In this document: one piece after another, positions 8,092 to 18,657 of the stretch
Position numbering within the stretch: position 1 is the first letter of the stretch
Layout: each line of letters opens with the position of its first letter
Source of the DNA: Candidatus Heimdallarchaeum endolithica
GTDB taxonomy: Archaea; Asgardarchaeota; Heimdallarchaeia; Heimdallarchaeales; Heimdallarchaeaceae
Length of the DNA stretch: 64,000 nucleotides
Direction of reading: 5' to 3'
Assembly (NCBI GenBank): GCA_021513715.1
Contig: CP084167.1
Span: 704,001-768,000, forward strand
Translations under genes and position numbers: made by a program
Notes under the pieces: model-generated
What the model was told of the DNA's origin: nothing
The model's input: only the letters and a program-made list of their open reading frames with translations
Database searches by the model: none

Positions 8092-10092
8092 ATGAAAAGT
8101 TTTTTACCAAAATTTGTTCTCAATGAAATTGATATATATTTAGAAGATTCTCAAAAGACTATTTTAGAAGAGAAAATAGAAAATATTGTTAGTAATGTTT
8201 CAGATTATGATTCAATTGCTAAAGATGTTACTTCTTTTCTTTTAGAAATGGATATCAGTGATTTAACAATATATGACAAAATGCTTGTAATTACTTCTGT
8301 ACTATTGAATTATTGGAAAAAAGATTATTCTTTTATTTTAAAAATTTATGAGAAGTTTCATTCTACAGACTTACCACTCAGTGTAAAAATTTGTTTTCTT
8401 CTAATTTTCCAAGAATCTTTTGATTTAGACAATTTTAACTTTTGGAGAGAGGAAATAGAGGAACATATAGAAAATATAACTAATACTGCTGAAAAAGAAT
8501 TTCTTAGCACTGCTATTGAACAATTTGCTTCTAAGCTTGAGCAGAGACCCGAGGTTGGTTATCGTTCAATGAACCAGCTTATTCGTTCTCTTGAGGAGAA
8601 TGAGCAAATCTCTTATCAGTATCCTTTTGTTTTTGAAGCTTTAGAGCTTGAACTTATTCAGTATTCTAACATTTTAGCTGATGAAGTTTTTTCTGAAATC
8701 TGGGTAGAATCTGCTAGAAGAAGAGCTGAAGTAATGGAAAACTATGGTATGTTAGTTCAAGTCAACAGCCTTATTGCTAGTATTTTAGTTAAAGAGTATC
8801 ATCTAGAAAAAGCTAAAGAAAAGATTGAAGAAGGGTTGGAGATCGCTAAGAAGATCAATTCACCTATTTTAGCTGCTCAGATTGAATTAAGCAATGCTTT
8901 ACTATTGAAAATGGAAGGTAAATTGAATGAAGCTTTAAAGCTGTATGAAGAAATAGCCAAAGTCAAGAATCTTCCTCAAACTTTTCAATTGGATATTTAT
9001 AGCAAAATAGGTGAGATTTATCTTAACAAAGATGAGATAATTAAGGCTGAAGAATACTATCTTAAAGCTCACAAGATTAATAAGAAACTTAATTATTTCA
9101 ATCCTCTTGTTGAAATAGTTATAGGTTACATAAATTTGCTTTTGGAGAAAGATGAAGGAGAAGCTTTAGACAAAGGGCTGAAAATAGCAGAGGAACAGTT
9201 TGATTTTTCTTCAATCCCTTACTACTATTTTTACAAGGGTATTTATGAACAACAAAGGGTCAATCTGACCTTATCTATCGAATATCTTGAAAAAGCATTA
9301 AACTCTTTTGAGCACCAAAAGAACTTTGAAGGTATTGTTTATACTAATGGTGCATTAGCAGAGTCTTATCTTCAAATTTACAAACTCCTTCATGATGACA
9401 AATATTCTTCTCAATTTCTTTACTATATTGACAACCTTATTGAAATATTAAAGGAATTAAACAATCCTCTATATGTTGAAGCTATAAAGACTAAAGCTGG
9501 TTATTATTTGGATAAAGGTTTAATTAAAAATGCTGAAGATTTATTTATTGATGGAATAGAATTTGCTAAAATTCGCAGGTTAAAAGAGGAAGAAGAAGAA
9601 TTAAAGGAATCACTTACTAATAAAAAGAATTTATCGAAAATAACTTTAGAAGGAACACAAATTCTCTTTAGGAAAATCAGAATGTTTAGTTTTGGCAAAC
9701 ATAAAACTGTACCTACTAAATTATACTTACTTTTAGTAATAAATGAAGCAGGTATTCCTCTTATTTCTCACTCATTTACTGAAGAGGAAATGATAGATAA
9801 GGTATTAGTTTCAGGTCTAATTTCAGCTATAATTAACTTTTCTTCTGAAGTTTTAGGAAAAGGAGAAGAAACACTGAGATCTATTAATCATGAAGGAAAA
9901 GCAGTTATTGTCGAAAAAAGAGGAAATGTGATGGGTATTTTAGTTGCTGAAGATGAAAATTTTGAGATGAGACTTGAACTTAGACAATTTCTACAGAGAG
10001 CTTTAGATAAACTGGTTTCTGAGCAACCTATTGTTAGAGAAAACGATAGTGAAATAATATCTATTATAGAAGAGGTTTTTGAGAAAAAATAA
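8092..10092 (+). CDS. TPR-repeat protein with C-terminal longin/roadblock-like domain
   Basis: Central TPRs; C-terminal LLVINEAGIPLISHSF..LVSGLISAIINFSSE..LRSINHEG pattern typical of Asgard longin-like domains. Confidence 0.75.
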   Translation: MKSFLPKFVLNEIDIYLEDSQKTILEEKIENIVSNVSDYDSIAKDVTSFLLEMDISDLTIYDKMLVITSVLLNYWKKDYSFILKIYEKFHSTDLPLSVKICFLLIFQESFDLDNFNFWREEIEEHIENITNTAEKEFLSTAIEQFASKLEQRPEVGYRSMNQLIRSLEENEQISYQYPFVFEALELELIQYSNILADEVFSEIWVESARRRAEVMENYGMLVQVNSLIASILVKEYHLEKAKEKIEEGLEIAKKINSPILAAQIELSNALLLKMEGKLNEALKLYEEIAKVKNLPQTFQLDIYSKIGEIYLNKDEIIKAEEYYLKAHKINKKLNYFNPLVEIVIGYINLLLEKDEGEALDKGLKIAEEQFDFSSIPYYYFYKGIYEQQRVNLTLSIEYLEKALNSFEHQKNFEGIVYTNGALAESYLQIYKLLHDDKYSSQFLYYIDNLIEILKELNNPLYVEAIKTKAGYYLDKGLIKNAEDLFIDGIEFAKIRRLKEEEEELKESLTNKKNLSKITLEGTQILFRKIRMFSFGKHKTVPTKLYLLLVINEAGIPLISHSFTEEEMIDKVLVSGLISAIINFSSEVLGKGEETLRSINHEGKAVIVEKRGNVMGILVAEDENFEMRLELRQFLQRALDKLVSEQPIVRENDSEIISIIEEVFEKK

Positions 10093-10098
10093 ATGAAA

Positions 10099-12069
10099 TT
10101 ATGAAACTAGTGGTCTAATTTGGTATTTTAGACCTATAATTTTCATTATATCCACAGCATCTTCAATTGTGTTTGCTGATATTTCTAGTTCCTCAATAAT
10201 TTGGTCTATATAGAGTATTTCTACTGTACTCATTTTTTCTGTTTCAGGGAGAAGTCTTTCTAAAGCATTGTGATTGTTAATATCTAACTCATGTTCTATA
10301 GCATGTACATCGTTAAATATTGGATGAGAAGCAAGAGGTTGAATACACACAACTTCCAAAACTTCTACTGATTTGTCAATTAAATCACAAAGTAAATCAC
10401 ACTCTTTTATCAAGTATTGAGAAAAATAGTCATCTATTTTCTTTCTGGGAATGTATAGAATCTTTCTTAGAGAGCGCAAGATATAACCTATAGCTTTATC
10501 GAGTGTAGTAGTAAGTTTATAGAAATGGTAATCATCAGGAGCAGGTCTAACACTACTATACATTACCTGGGTGACTTTAAAAACAAGGTCATCAGCAAGC
10601 CTTTCCTCTTTTTTTGCTGCCATCATGAGTTTAATTGCTTGTTCTTTATCGCCATCCAAATATCTCTTAAATGATTGAGCTAACAAATGTATTGTTTTTT
10701 GAACTTTCTCTGCATGCTTTATAGAATGAGAGGCTTGTACCCATCCAGGTCTGGTTTCTATAGCTAAGATAGAAAAAGAAAAACCAAGAATGATTAATAG
10801 AGTTCCTGCAAACAAGAATGGAAATTTGAAAACATTACTGACTAAACTATCGCCTAAAAATTGTAGAACATCAATATTTACAACAAGACCAGCCAAACCA
10901 AGAACAATTAAAGGTCCAGTAAAGTAACCAGAATCTAAAGACGATCGATAAATACCTATACTTTTTTCTCTTTTTATTATAGGAACAACATCTTTTGTAA
11001 TACTTGGAAGTGAAGGATAATAAAGAGATGTTCCTAGTCCAGCAAGTAAAGTTAATAATACTACAACTCCAAAAAGGTCAGTAAAAACGATTAATATAAT
11101 GCTTGTTCCTGCTAATAAAAAACCAAGAATCATTGGTGTTTTTCTTCCTATTCTATCACTCAATTTTCCAGTAAAAGGCATCGTAGTTGACCAAGCTAAA
11201 GTAAAAACTGAAGTAGCTATTCCTATCTGGACATTAGAAAAACCATAAACAGTTGATAATAGTAGAGGAAAAATCAAAACCAGAATACTGTCAGTAATTC
11301 TAGATATGTGACCTCCTAAATTAGCCAATATTAAAGTTGGTACTCTAAAAATATTTTTTGTACTCCATCGACTTTCGACTTTTGTAGCGTCTAAAAGTAC
11401 TGAATCTTTTGTTCCTGCAACTAAATCAGTTGTTTCTACTTTCTTAATAAATATGAAACCAAAAGCTAGAGCAATTCCTGCAATTATTAAAGCAAAAATA
11501 AAAGTCTCTGCAAACCCCAGGTTATTTGCTATTACACCTGCTAAGAAAGAACCAAGACTTGAACCTAAATAAACAGAGAATTCCATTGAACCAACAGAAA
11601 AAGCTGCTCCTTCATATCCTGCTATATCAGTAAGAGCTGACATTGTAGAAGTAAAGAGTAAACCTAATCCTCCTCCAATAAATGCATTTCCAAGGGGTAA
11701 GGCCCACAAGTTTCTTGAAAAAGCTAAAGCAAAAGATCCACAAAGTACTAAAATCAATCCAATCCTAATTGTCCACTTTCGTTGATATTTACTACTTATT
11801 GTAGCACTAAAGAAACCAGCTATTCCTTTAAAAAGCCCATAAGCTATAACTGCTGAGGAAATTTGGAGGAAAACAATGAAACTTCTTTGAAAATTTTCTT
11901 GTGATTCAAATAGAGGAAAATTTGTAAATGATTCTCCAAAAAGAGATAGTGAAGTTCTTTGTACTCCATAAGCAATACCAGCAAAAAGTAAAACTGTAAT
12001 AATTGGTCCCCATTTAGAAATACTGCGTAAGAATGAGAAAGATTCTAGCTTTTTTTCTTTTAGTTCCAT
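10099..12069 (-). CDS. MFS transporter fused to C-terminal DUF47/PhoU-like domain
   Basis: 12 TM helices, GKLSDRIGRK motif; C-terminal EERLADDL and EHELD..IEELEISANTIEDAVD helices. Start placed at MELKEKK (12069) to avoid overlap with the divergent gene. Confidence 0.8.
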   Translation of the reverse strand: MELKEKKLESFSFLRSISKWGPIITVLLFAGIAYGVQRTSLSLFGESFTNFPLFESQENFQRSFIVFLQISSAVIAYGLFKGIAGFFSATISSKYQRKWTIRIGLILVLCGSFALAFSRNLWALPLGNAFIGGGLGLLFTSTMSALTDIAGYEGAAFSVGSMEFSVYLGSSLGSFLAGVIANNLGFAETFIFALIIAGIALAFGFIFIKKVETTDLVAGTKDSVLLDATKVESRWSTKNIFRVPTLILANLGGHISRITDSILVLIFPLLLSTVYGFSNVQIGIATSVFTLAWSTTMPFTGKLSDRIGRKTPMILGFLLAGTSIILIVFTDLFGVVVLLTLLAGLGTSLYYPSLPSITKDVVPIIKREKSIGIYRSSLDSGYFTGPLIVLGLAGLVVNIDVLQFLGDSLVSNVFKFPFLFAGTLLIILGFSFSILAIETRPGWVQASHSIKHAEKVQKTIHLLAQSFKRYLDGDKEQAIKLMMAAKKEERLADDLVFKVTQVMYSSVRPAPDDYHFYKLTTTLDKAIGYILRSLRKILYIPRKKIDDYFSQYLIKECDLLCDLIDKSVEVLEVVCIQPLASHPIFNDVHAIEHELDINNHNALERLLPETEKMSTVEILYIDQIIEELEISANTIEDAVDIMKIIGLKYQIRPLVS

Positions 12070-12174
12070 AAAATTATTCAGGAAAAATGAATAATAAAGG
12101 TTGTTATTTGAATTAAATAAAGTACACAATATTACAATAAATTTAAATTTACCCAAGAGTTTGCCAAACAGAAA

Positions 12175-13002
12175 ATGATTAAACAAAAGAAGAAAAAAGA
12201 CTATTTTGTGAGAAAATTCTCTCTTAGCAGACAAATTCTGGCTGATTATAATGATGTTGCAGCTACTTTTCCTAGAGTTAGAGGGCAGTTAGAATATGAC
12301 ATAACAAACGCAAAAAGAAGAATAGAAGAAATAAAAAAAATAGATAAGTATGATGTTTCTTACACTGCTTGGATTGCAAAATGTATTAGCAGAGCAGTAA
12401 AGGAAGATTTAAGGTTTAATTCCTATAGAAAAGGTAGAAAGATAATCGTTTTCAAAACTGTAGATATTAGTATAATCGTAGAGATTACAACTAAAGAAGG
12501 AAAAAAAGTACCTTTTAATTATGTTATTAGAGACGTAGAAAATAAGAGTGTAAAAGAAATTACAGAAGAAATTCGTGCAGTACAAAAAAGAAAAATAGAA
12601 GAAACTGAACAACTAACAAGAGATAGTTCAAGTAATTTTTCTTCTCTCTACTTGTTGATTCCACGCTTTATAAGAAAAATGGTAATTAAATCAATATTGA
12701 AAAACCCATTTAAACTAAGAAAACTAATAGGAACTGTAGGAATAACTTCTTTAGGGATGTTTGTTCAAAATTTTGCAGGATGGGCGATTCCTTTTGCTGA
12801 TAAGACCTTAAATGTAGCAGTTGGAGGCATGAAGAATTCTGTAGAACTAGTAGAAGGAGAATTAAAAGAAAAAACACTACTGTGTGTAACCTTTCTTGTT
12901 GATCATAATCTTATAGATGGAGCCCCAATAGCTAGATTTGTTGCTAGGGTGGGAAATTTAATGAAAGATGCTTCTTTTCTTGAAGATATAAATAAACCCT
13001 AA
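12175..13002 (+). CDS. 2-oxoacid dehydrogenase E2-like acyltransferase, catalytic domain only
   Basis: GTVGITSLG and DHNLIDGAP (HxxxDG) motifs; no lipoyl domain. Confidence 0.85.
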   Translation: MIKQKKKKDYFVRKFSLSRQILADYNDVAATFPRVRGQLEYDITNAKRRIEEIKKIDKYDVSYTAWIAKCISRAVKEDLRFNSYRKGRKIIVFKTVDISIIVEITTKEGKKVPFNYVIRDVENKSVKEITEEIRAVQKRKIEETEQLTRDSSSNFSSLYLLIPRFIRKMVIKSILKNPFKLRKLIGTVGITSLGMFVQNFAGWAIPFADKTLNVAVGGMKNSVELVEGELKEKTLLCVTFLVDHNLIDGAPIARFVARVGNLMKDASFLEDINKP

Positions 13003-13204
13003 CTTCAATTGATAATATATTAAATCTATTCTTTTCTCTTCTTTTTCATTTTTGTTCTTCATTTAGGACTTCTTCAGCTAATTGATTTTCTTAAAAACTA
13101 AGATTTTCATCTTATTTTTTTAACGTCAAGTATTTGTAAAAAAGAAACTTTAATATAATGATTACTGGATAAAGTTACAATAACAAACTTGTTAGGAGAA
13201 CATA

Positions 13205-13882
13205 ATGAATAAAAAGTACGAAGACGTTTTACATTTCAATCAGAAACAAATAATGGTTTTAAACGAGAAACAGACAGAATTAATTCGAGACCCCCAATAT
13301 TCTCCAATAACAAGAGTTCTTCGTTCTGGCCCATTAACTGTTCAAGAAATAACAGAAGAATATAACAAACTTATTCTATTGAATTGTCAAATCGATACAG
13401 AAAATAATGGTGATTTTGAGAAATTAAAAAGGTCTGAGAAATCTATATACAGATATCTTCGTGATCTTGAAGAATCAGGATTAGTAACAGTAGCAGGTCA
13501 AAGAGTTATTTTTGGTCAAACTGCTACACAAAAACTATGGTCGAGAACAGCTAAAATTTTTGTTTTTAAAACACAAACAGTAAATTTCTGGAAAACAGAA
13601 GAAGGATTAAAATTTGCAGAGAAAATTAATGATTTATTGCATATTATTTTTGAAGATTATGATAAAGAGTGCAAATATACTCAAGAATTATTAATAAAAT
13701 TGAATAAAATAGCTGAAGAATCTATTTTAGAGATTTTTACTAAAAATCCAGAAAGAATCGATGAAATAATTGGAAGTTGTGATTTCGAAGATCTGAATCA
13801 TATTCTCAAAGAACTTCATCTATTAATTTTATTGTTGAAAAAAGATGAGGTTGAAGCTTTGTTACAAAGTTGTTTTGATTAA
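13205..13882 (+). CDS. Winged-helix (ArsR-like) transcriptional regulator
   Basis: LRSGPLTVQEI...SIYRYLRDLEESGLV...WSRTAK. Confidence 0.75.
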   Translation: MNKKYEDVLHFNQKQIMVLNEKQTELIRDPQYSPITRVLRSGPLTVQEITEEYNKLILLNCQIDTENNGDFEKLKRSEKSIYRYLRDLEESGLVTVAGQRVIFGQTATQKLWSRTAKIFVFKTQTVNFWKTEEGLKFAEKINDLLHIIFEDYDKECKYTQELLIKLNKIAEESILEIFTKNPERIDEIIGSCDFEDLNHILKELHLLILLLKKDEVEALLQSCFD

Positions 13883-13893
13883 TTTAAACGATT

Positions 13894-16116
13894 TTAACCT
13901 AGAACAAGTTCTTTTTTTGGTTTTGATTTTTGTTTAACCTTTTTTACTTCAATAGTTTTTTTCTCTGCTTTATTATCTTTTTTTTCTTTCAAATCTTCTC
14001 TTTCTTTATTTAGGACTGGTTTTACTGTTTCTTCCTTTTCTTTAACAACGGAAACTTCTTCTTTTTTTGTTTTACATTCTTCTTCTGTCTGTATTTTCTT
14101 TATTTTAGTTTCTTTTTTATCAAGAACAAGCTTTTCTGATTTTTTCTCTTTTTCAAGGTCTTTTGTTTTTATTAATTCTTTCTTTTCTTTAGCCTTTAAG
14201 ACTTCTTTCTCCATTTCTTTCTTTTCTTTTTTCTTAACTTTTTTTTCTACCTCTTCAACTACCCTAATATGCATTTTTTCTTTTACTTTTTGATAGAGTT
14301 TAGTTGACCAAGGTAATGCCTTTTGAATTGAAACACTAGAGAGAGAACGAAGTATTTCTGTAACAAATTTTTTTTGTATTTCTTTATTTCCTGCAAGCTT
14401 GTTATATGCATTTAGTAAAACTGAATAAATATATTCTTCATCATCATAAAGAAACAAAATATCTCTAATAACATTTGAAAGATTTTCGTTTTTTTCAAAT
14501 TGAAAAATATTTTTACAAATTATATCCTCAAAAGATTTTTTAAGAGCTAAACGGTTTGTTTTCTCTGTTTTTAGATCAAAGCATAATTGAATGCTTTCTA
14601 TAGTTAAATCTTGTAATGAATTCGAAATGAATCCTTTTTTTTGACTTAAAACAGAGTTAACAGCATTCAGGAAGTTTGAACTTAAAGTTTCTGAACTAAT
14701 CGACATTAATTCATTTCTTTGTTTGTTAAAAACTAATTCACTTTTTAAATTCTGTAGTATTACTATTACTTCTTCTACATCAAAGTTTTTTGCTATTTTG
14801 CTCTTAATTGATTCTTCTGAAAAAAATAGTGAATATTGATAAAATTTTTCGCTTAACTCTAGCAATTTAGAATCTTGATTTTTGTTCATATCTTTTAGAT
14901 TCATTGAAATAGCTACTAACAATCCTTGAATAGTTTTTTCTGTTTTTTTCTTTTCTTCATCTTTTGAAACTTGAAGCTTTAGTAGCATAACAATTAGCTT
15001 TTTAATTTGTAAAACTACTAGCTCTTTCTCCTCTAATGATAAATCTGACAACTCTGTATCTACTGCAATTAATGATTTGTCTAACAATAAGTTTAAGTTT
15101 TCCTTTGTTTTTGAACTAACTTGATTTTCCTTATCTAAAGTATGAAAATAAGCAAAAACACTTATTGAAAATAAATCTACTTTTTCTTCTAGTCTATTCA
15201 GGAAAACTTCAAAGTTGTTTATTATTTTTTCTAATTTTTCTTCAGGTTTATCTTGTTGTTCTAAACCTATTTTAAAACTATTTAAGTAATCCTTAGAGCA
15301 TTTTGAAGAAAAAACATACATAATAGTTGGATAAAAAGTAAGATATCTAAGTAGATCTTTCTTAACCATCCTAATATCAAAAAAATATTCAGATTTACTC
15401 ATAGAAAGTGAAAAATTGGTAAGAAATTGTGCTTTTTCTATAGGTAAAAATCTTAAAAGATCATTTTCTAGATGCTCAAATCGTATAAGTTTTCTTCCAC
15501 AAGAAGGACATTTATCTTCGATTGTTATTTTTTGTCCACAGATTGAACATAAAACAGTCTTTTTTCTTAATTGCACTCCACATTGATTACAATAATTACT
15601 GTCTGGATGATTAGAAGAACCACAATTTAAACATTTAACAACTTTAAAGGCTGGTTTTTCTTTTTGTTCAAAATGTTGCTCTTTCTGCATTTGTTCATTA
15701 CTATTACTTATCTTTAGAATGCTAAATTTTAATCCACAATATTTACAAAAGCGAGCATTGGGAGGGTTAACAGTCCCACAGTTCGAGCATATCAATACGT
15801 TTGGTTCAGTTTTTTTCTCACCTATCTTTGCTCCACATTGTGTACAAAAAACAGCGTTGATTTTTTGTTTTGACCTACAAGAAGGGCACTCTTTTGTTTG
15901 TAAAACAGCTATATTATTTGTGTTTCTTTCGTTTTTAAAATTAAAACCACATTTAGAGCAAAACAGAGCCTCTTTACGAACATATTTCTGACAAATAGGA
16001 CATTGTTTAAGAAGTGTATATTCAGAAGGAATGTCAATCTTATGTCCACAATGAGTACAATAAGAAACTTCTTGTTTATTGAGCAACCCACAACTATTAC
16101 ACATCTTTTTTATCAT
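13894..16116 (-). CDS. Multi double-zinc-ribbon protein with helical core and K/E-rich tail
   Basis: Six CxxC-x~10-CxxCG units in the N-terminal ~210 aa. Confidence 0.8.
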   Translation of the reverse strand: MIKKMCNSCGLLNKQEVSYCTHCGHKIDIPSEYTLLKQCPICQKYVRKEALFCSKCGFNFKNERNTNNIAVLQTKECPSCRSKQKINAVFCTQCGAKIGEKKTEPNVLICSNCGTVNPPNARFCKYCGLKFSILKISNSNEQMQKEQHFEQKEKPAFKVVKCLNCGSSNHPDSNYCNQCGVQLRKKTVLCSICGQKITIEDKCPSCGRKLIRFEHLENDLLRFLPIEKAQFLTNFSLSMSKSEYFFDIRMVKKDLLRYLTFYPTIMYVFSSKCSKDYLNSFKIGLEQQDKPEEKLEKIINNFEVFLNRLEEKVDLFSISVFAYFHTLDKENQVSSKTKENLNLLLDKSLIAVDTELSDLSLEEKELVVLQIKKLIVMLLKLQVSKDEEKKKTEKTIQGLLVAISMNLKDMNKNQDSKLLELSEKFYQYSLFFSEESIKSKIAKNFDVEEVIVILQNLKSELVFNKQRNELMSISSETLSSNFLNAVNSVLSQKKGFISNSLQDLTIESIQLCFDLKTEKTNRLALKKSFEDIICKNIFQFEKNENLSNVIRDILFLYDDEEYIYSVLLNAYNKLAGNKEIQKKFVTEILRSLSSVSIQKALPWSTKLYQKVKEKMHIRVVEEVEKKVKKKEKKEMEKEVLKAKEKKELIKTKDLEKEKKSEKLVLDKKETKIKKIQTEEECKTKKEEVSVVKEKEETVKPVLNKEREDLKEKKDNKAEKKTIEVKKVKQKSKPKKELVLG

Positions 16117-16206
16117 ATAGACCCAGCACTAATTTCTATTTAGAATAAAACATGCAAGTATATATAACTAGTTTTTTTATAATTATTCAAAAATTAAAAT
16201 TCTTAT

Positions 16207-16258
16207 TGTACAGCTGTTTGTACAGTCCTTTTTTCTCTCTGTACAAAGTCTTTATATA
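16207..16258 (+). promoter_or_regulatory. Three TGTACA palindromes upstream of a TATA box
   Basis: TGTACA at 16207, 16219 and 16240; TTTATATA at 16251-16258. Confidence 0.5.
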
Positions 16259-16284
16259 AATACAATGAAAATCCAAGACAAAAT

Positions 16285-18645
16285 ATGAAAAATAGAATTG
16301 AAACAAAAAATAGAAATTTCATTTTGATTTTGGTAATGATATTTTTACTCAGTTTTTCAAGTGAACACATTTTAGTTAGCGCATCAATTACTATTTACTC
16401 AGAAAGCAATATACACTTCTCTGATGAAACTGCGGAAATCATAATAAATTCAGATGATGATTTTGTAAAATATGGATTTCCTGGTAATGGTTCAGTAGAT
16501 AATCCATATATTATAAGCAATTTAACTCTCAACACTTCGAAAATGTACGGTTTTGTTATTACTAACATAAGCTCTTATTTTATCATTGAAAACTGTTTTA
16601 TTAGATCTGCACATTATGGAATATTTATTGGTCATATTAAAGGAAATCATACAATTATTAGAAATAATACCTTTTATAAAAATCCAGTAGCTATTGAAAT
16701 CTCTCACGTACCTGGTATTTCTATTATAAACAACACTTTCAATGAAAATATAGATTTTGGAATATTTATTGAATACTCTCCCAATTCTACTATTAGCTCG
16801 AATAATTTCTACAAAAACGGTGTTGGTTATACAGGAAATGGTTTGATAATCAAAAGTTCTAAAGATTCAATTATATTAAACAACTCATTTGTTAGTGATG
16901 GTCTGGCTATTGATCCTTCTAATTCAGGAAATGAATTAAATTTATTCAATAATACTGTTAATAATAAAGAAATAGGTTACTTTTTAAGAAAAAACAACTT
17001 GAATATAGATCAATCTGTTTATGGCCAAATAATTATTACAGATTGTTATAATGTTAGTATTTCAAATCAACAAATTTCAGAAACAGATGTAGCTATTTCT
17101 ATTTATTATTCAACTAATGTATACATTTCTAACAATAATCTTAAGGTTAATGACAAGGGTATTTTCCTATTTCAAACATATAATTTTACAATAGAAGGCA
17201 ATTCACTTGAAAATAACTCTTTGTATGGTTTAGGAATTAATGATTGTACTAAATTTAACATTATAAATAATGATATTATCAAAAATAGAAAAGGAATAGA
17301 ACTTTTTATCATCGATGGATTTCTAAGTTCCAATATTACTAAAAATAGAATCAAAGAGAATTTAGAACAAGGAATAGCATTAAGTAGTGTAAATAAGGTA
17401 AACATAAGCGAGAATGTCATATTTAAGAACTTAGTTGGATTATATGCCTATTATTCTTCTGATGTTTATATAGTTTCAAATTATTTTGAGTCTAATTCAC
17501 TCTATGCGATAATTTTAATGGATAGTACAAGTGAATTCCATATTTACTATAACTATTTTACAGCAAATAACTATGAAAACGAAAATGAAAGCCAATGTTT
17601 AGATGATGGCATAGACAACCTTTGGTACAATCCTGAAACAAAGAAAGGGAATTATTGGTCAGACCTTTATCATGAAAAAGAATACATAATAGATGGTTTT
17701 GCAGAAAGTGTAGATCAATATCCAATAGACCTATTTATTATAGATTACCCCAATTTATTTAGTTGGAAACGTATAACAATTTTTCTTTTAGTTACAGTGG
17801 CCCTTATAGGAGGAGGAATTTATTTCTTAAGTAGAATAATTAAAAGAAACAATTCTTATCTTTCTGACAAAAAGAAAGAATCAAAGAATGAGGAAAAATT
17901 GATTTATGATCCTAAAAAAGAAAAAAAAGATAAGCACTTAAGTTCTCCAACTGCTACTTTGAATAAGCAAATCAAAAAACATTTAGCAAAGAGCTTTTCT
18001 AAATGGTTTATAGTGGGTTCATTTTCTGTTCTTCTCATCAGTTCTGGTTTTCTCGCATACAAAATTTCTGTTTCTCCTGATAACAATAATTCTAATATTA
18101 TCGTAAATTATGCACAAGCACTTCAACAGTCTATTCCTGAAGCTGTATATATAGAGATTATTGGTAATGCTACTTCTGCTATACATGAAGATTTAATAAA
18201 CGCATTCATTGAGAGAATAAATCCCTATCCTGATTTAGCGTGGAAAGTTACTGCTAATGTCCTTAAGTTTGATAATGAAGGGAGAGATTATCTTCAAGAA
18301 GTCACTTTTAATTTAAACAGTTCAGTCATTACAGAGATAGGTCAAAATCTTTTTGAATCACTTAATAACACTGAAATTTTGGGTTATTATGGTGAAAAGC
18401 CATATGACGATGCAAATACTTATGATGTAAATATTAAGTGGGGTCTAAGATTTTTCTTAGAAAATACTACAATTATTGAACTAACTGTTTTAGAAAATGG
18501 TCTGGTGGTTTATGCTAAAGGATATTGGGTTTCTTTTTCTGAGTTTTCAACAAATATGATTGGAGCATTAATTATTGGACCAGAGTCAGCTTTTGACAAT
18601 ACTGTTCAAACTCTAAAAGAGATATTTGAGGAAAATATAAAATAA
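16285..18645 (+). CDS. Secreted/membrane NosD-like right-handed beta-helix protein
   Basis: Signal peptide, GNGSVDNPYII, many I.NN.F..N..GI repeats, GNYWSD, two C-terminal TM segments. Confidence 0.85.
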   Translation: MKNRIETKNRNFILILVMIFLLSFSSEHILVSASITIYSESNIHFSDETAEIIINSDDDFVKYGFPGNGSVDNPYIISNLTLNTSKMYGFVITNISSYFIIENCFIRSAHYGIFIGHIKGNHTIIRNNTFYKNPVAIEISHVPGISIINNTFNENIDFGIFIEYSPNSTISSNNFYKNGVGYTGNGLIIKSSKDSIILNNSFVSDGLAIDPSNSGNELNLFNNTVNNKEIGYFLRKNNLNIDQSVYGQIIITDCYNVSISNQQISETDVAISIYYSTNVYISNNNLKVNDKGIFLFQTYNFTIEGNSLENNSLYGLGINDCTKFNIINNDIIKNRKGIELFIIDGFLSSNITKNRIKENLEQGIALSSVNKVNISENVIFKNLVGLYAYYSSDVYIVSNYFESNSLYAIILMDSTSEFHIYYNYFTANNYENENESQCLDDGIDNLWYNPETKKGNYWSDLYHEKEYIIDGFAESVDQYPIDLFIIDYPNLFSWKRITIFLLVTVALIGGGIYFLSRIIKRNNSYLSDKKKESKNEEKLIYDPKKEKKDKHLSSPTATLNKQIKKHLAKSFSKWFIVGSFSVLLISSGFLAYKISVSPDNNNSNIIVNYAQALQQSIPEAVYIEIIGNATSAIHEDLINAFIERINPYPDLAWKVTANVLKFDNEGRDYLQEVTFNLNSSVITEIGQNLFESLNNTEILGYYGEKPYDDANTYDVNIKWGLRFFLENTTIIELTVLENGLVVYAKGYWVSFSEFSTNMIGALIIGPESAFDNTVQTLKEIFEENIK

Positions 18646-18657
18646 AAGGTGTGAATA

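Noticed and set aside
12070-12234. Extended N-terminus of the MFS-DUF47 gene overlapping the E2-like gene
   Set aside because: The extension spans the AT-rich divergent promoter; the ATG at 12069 is more plausible
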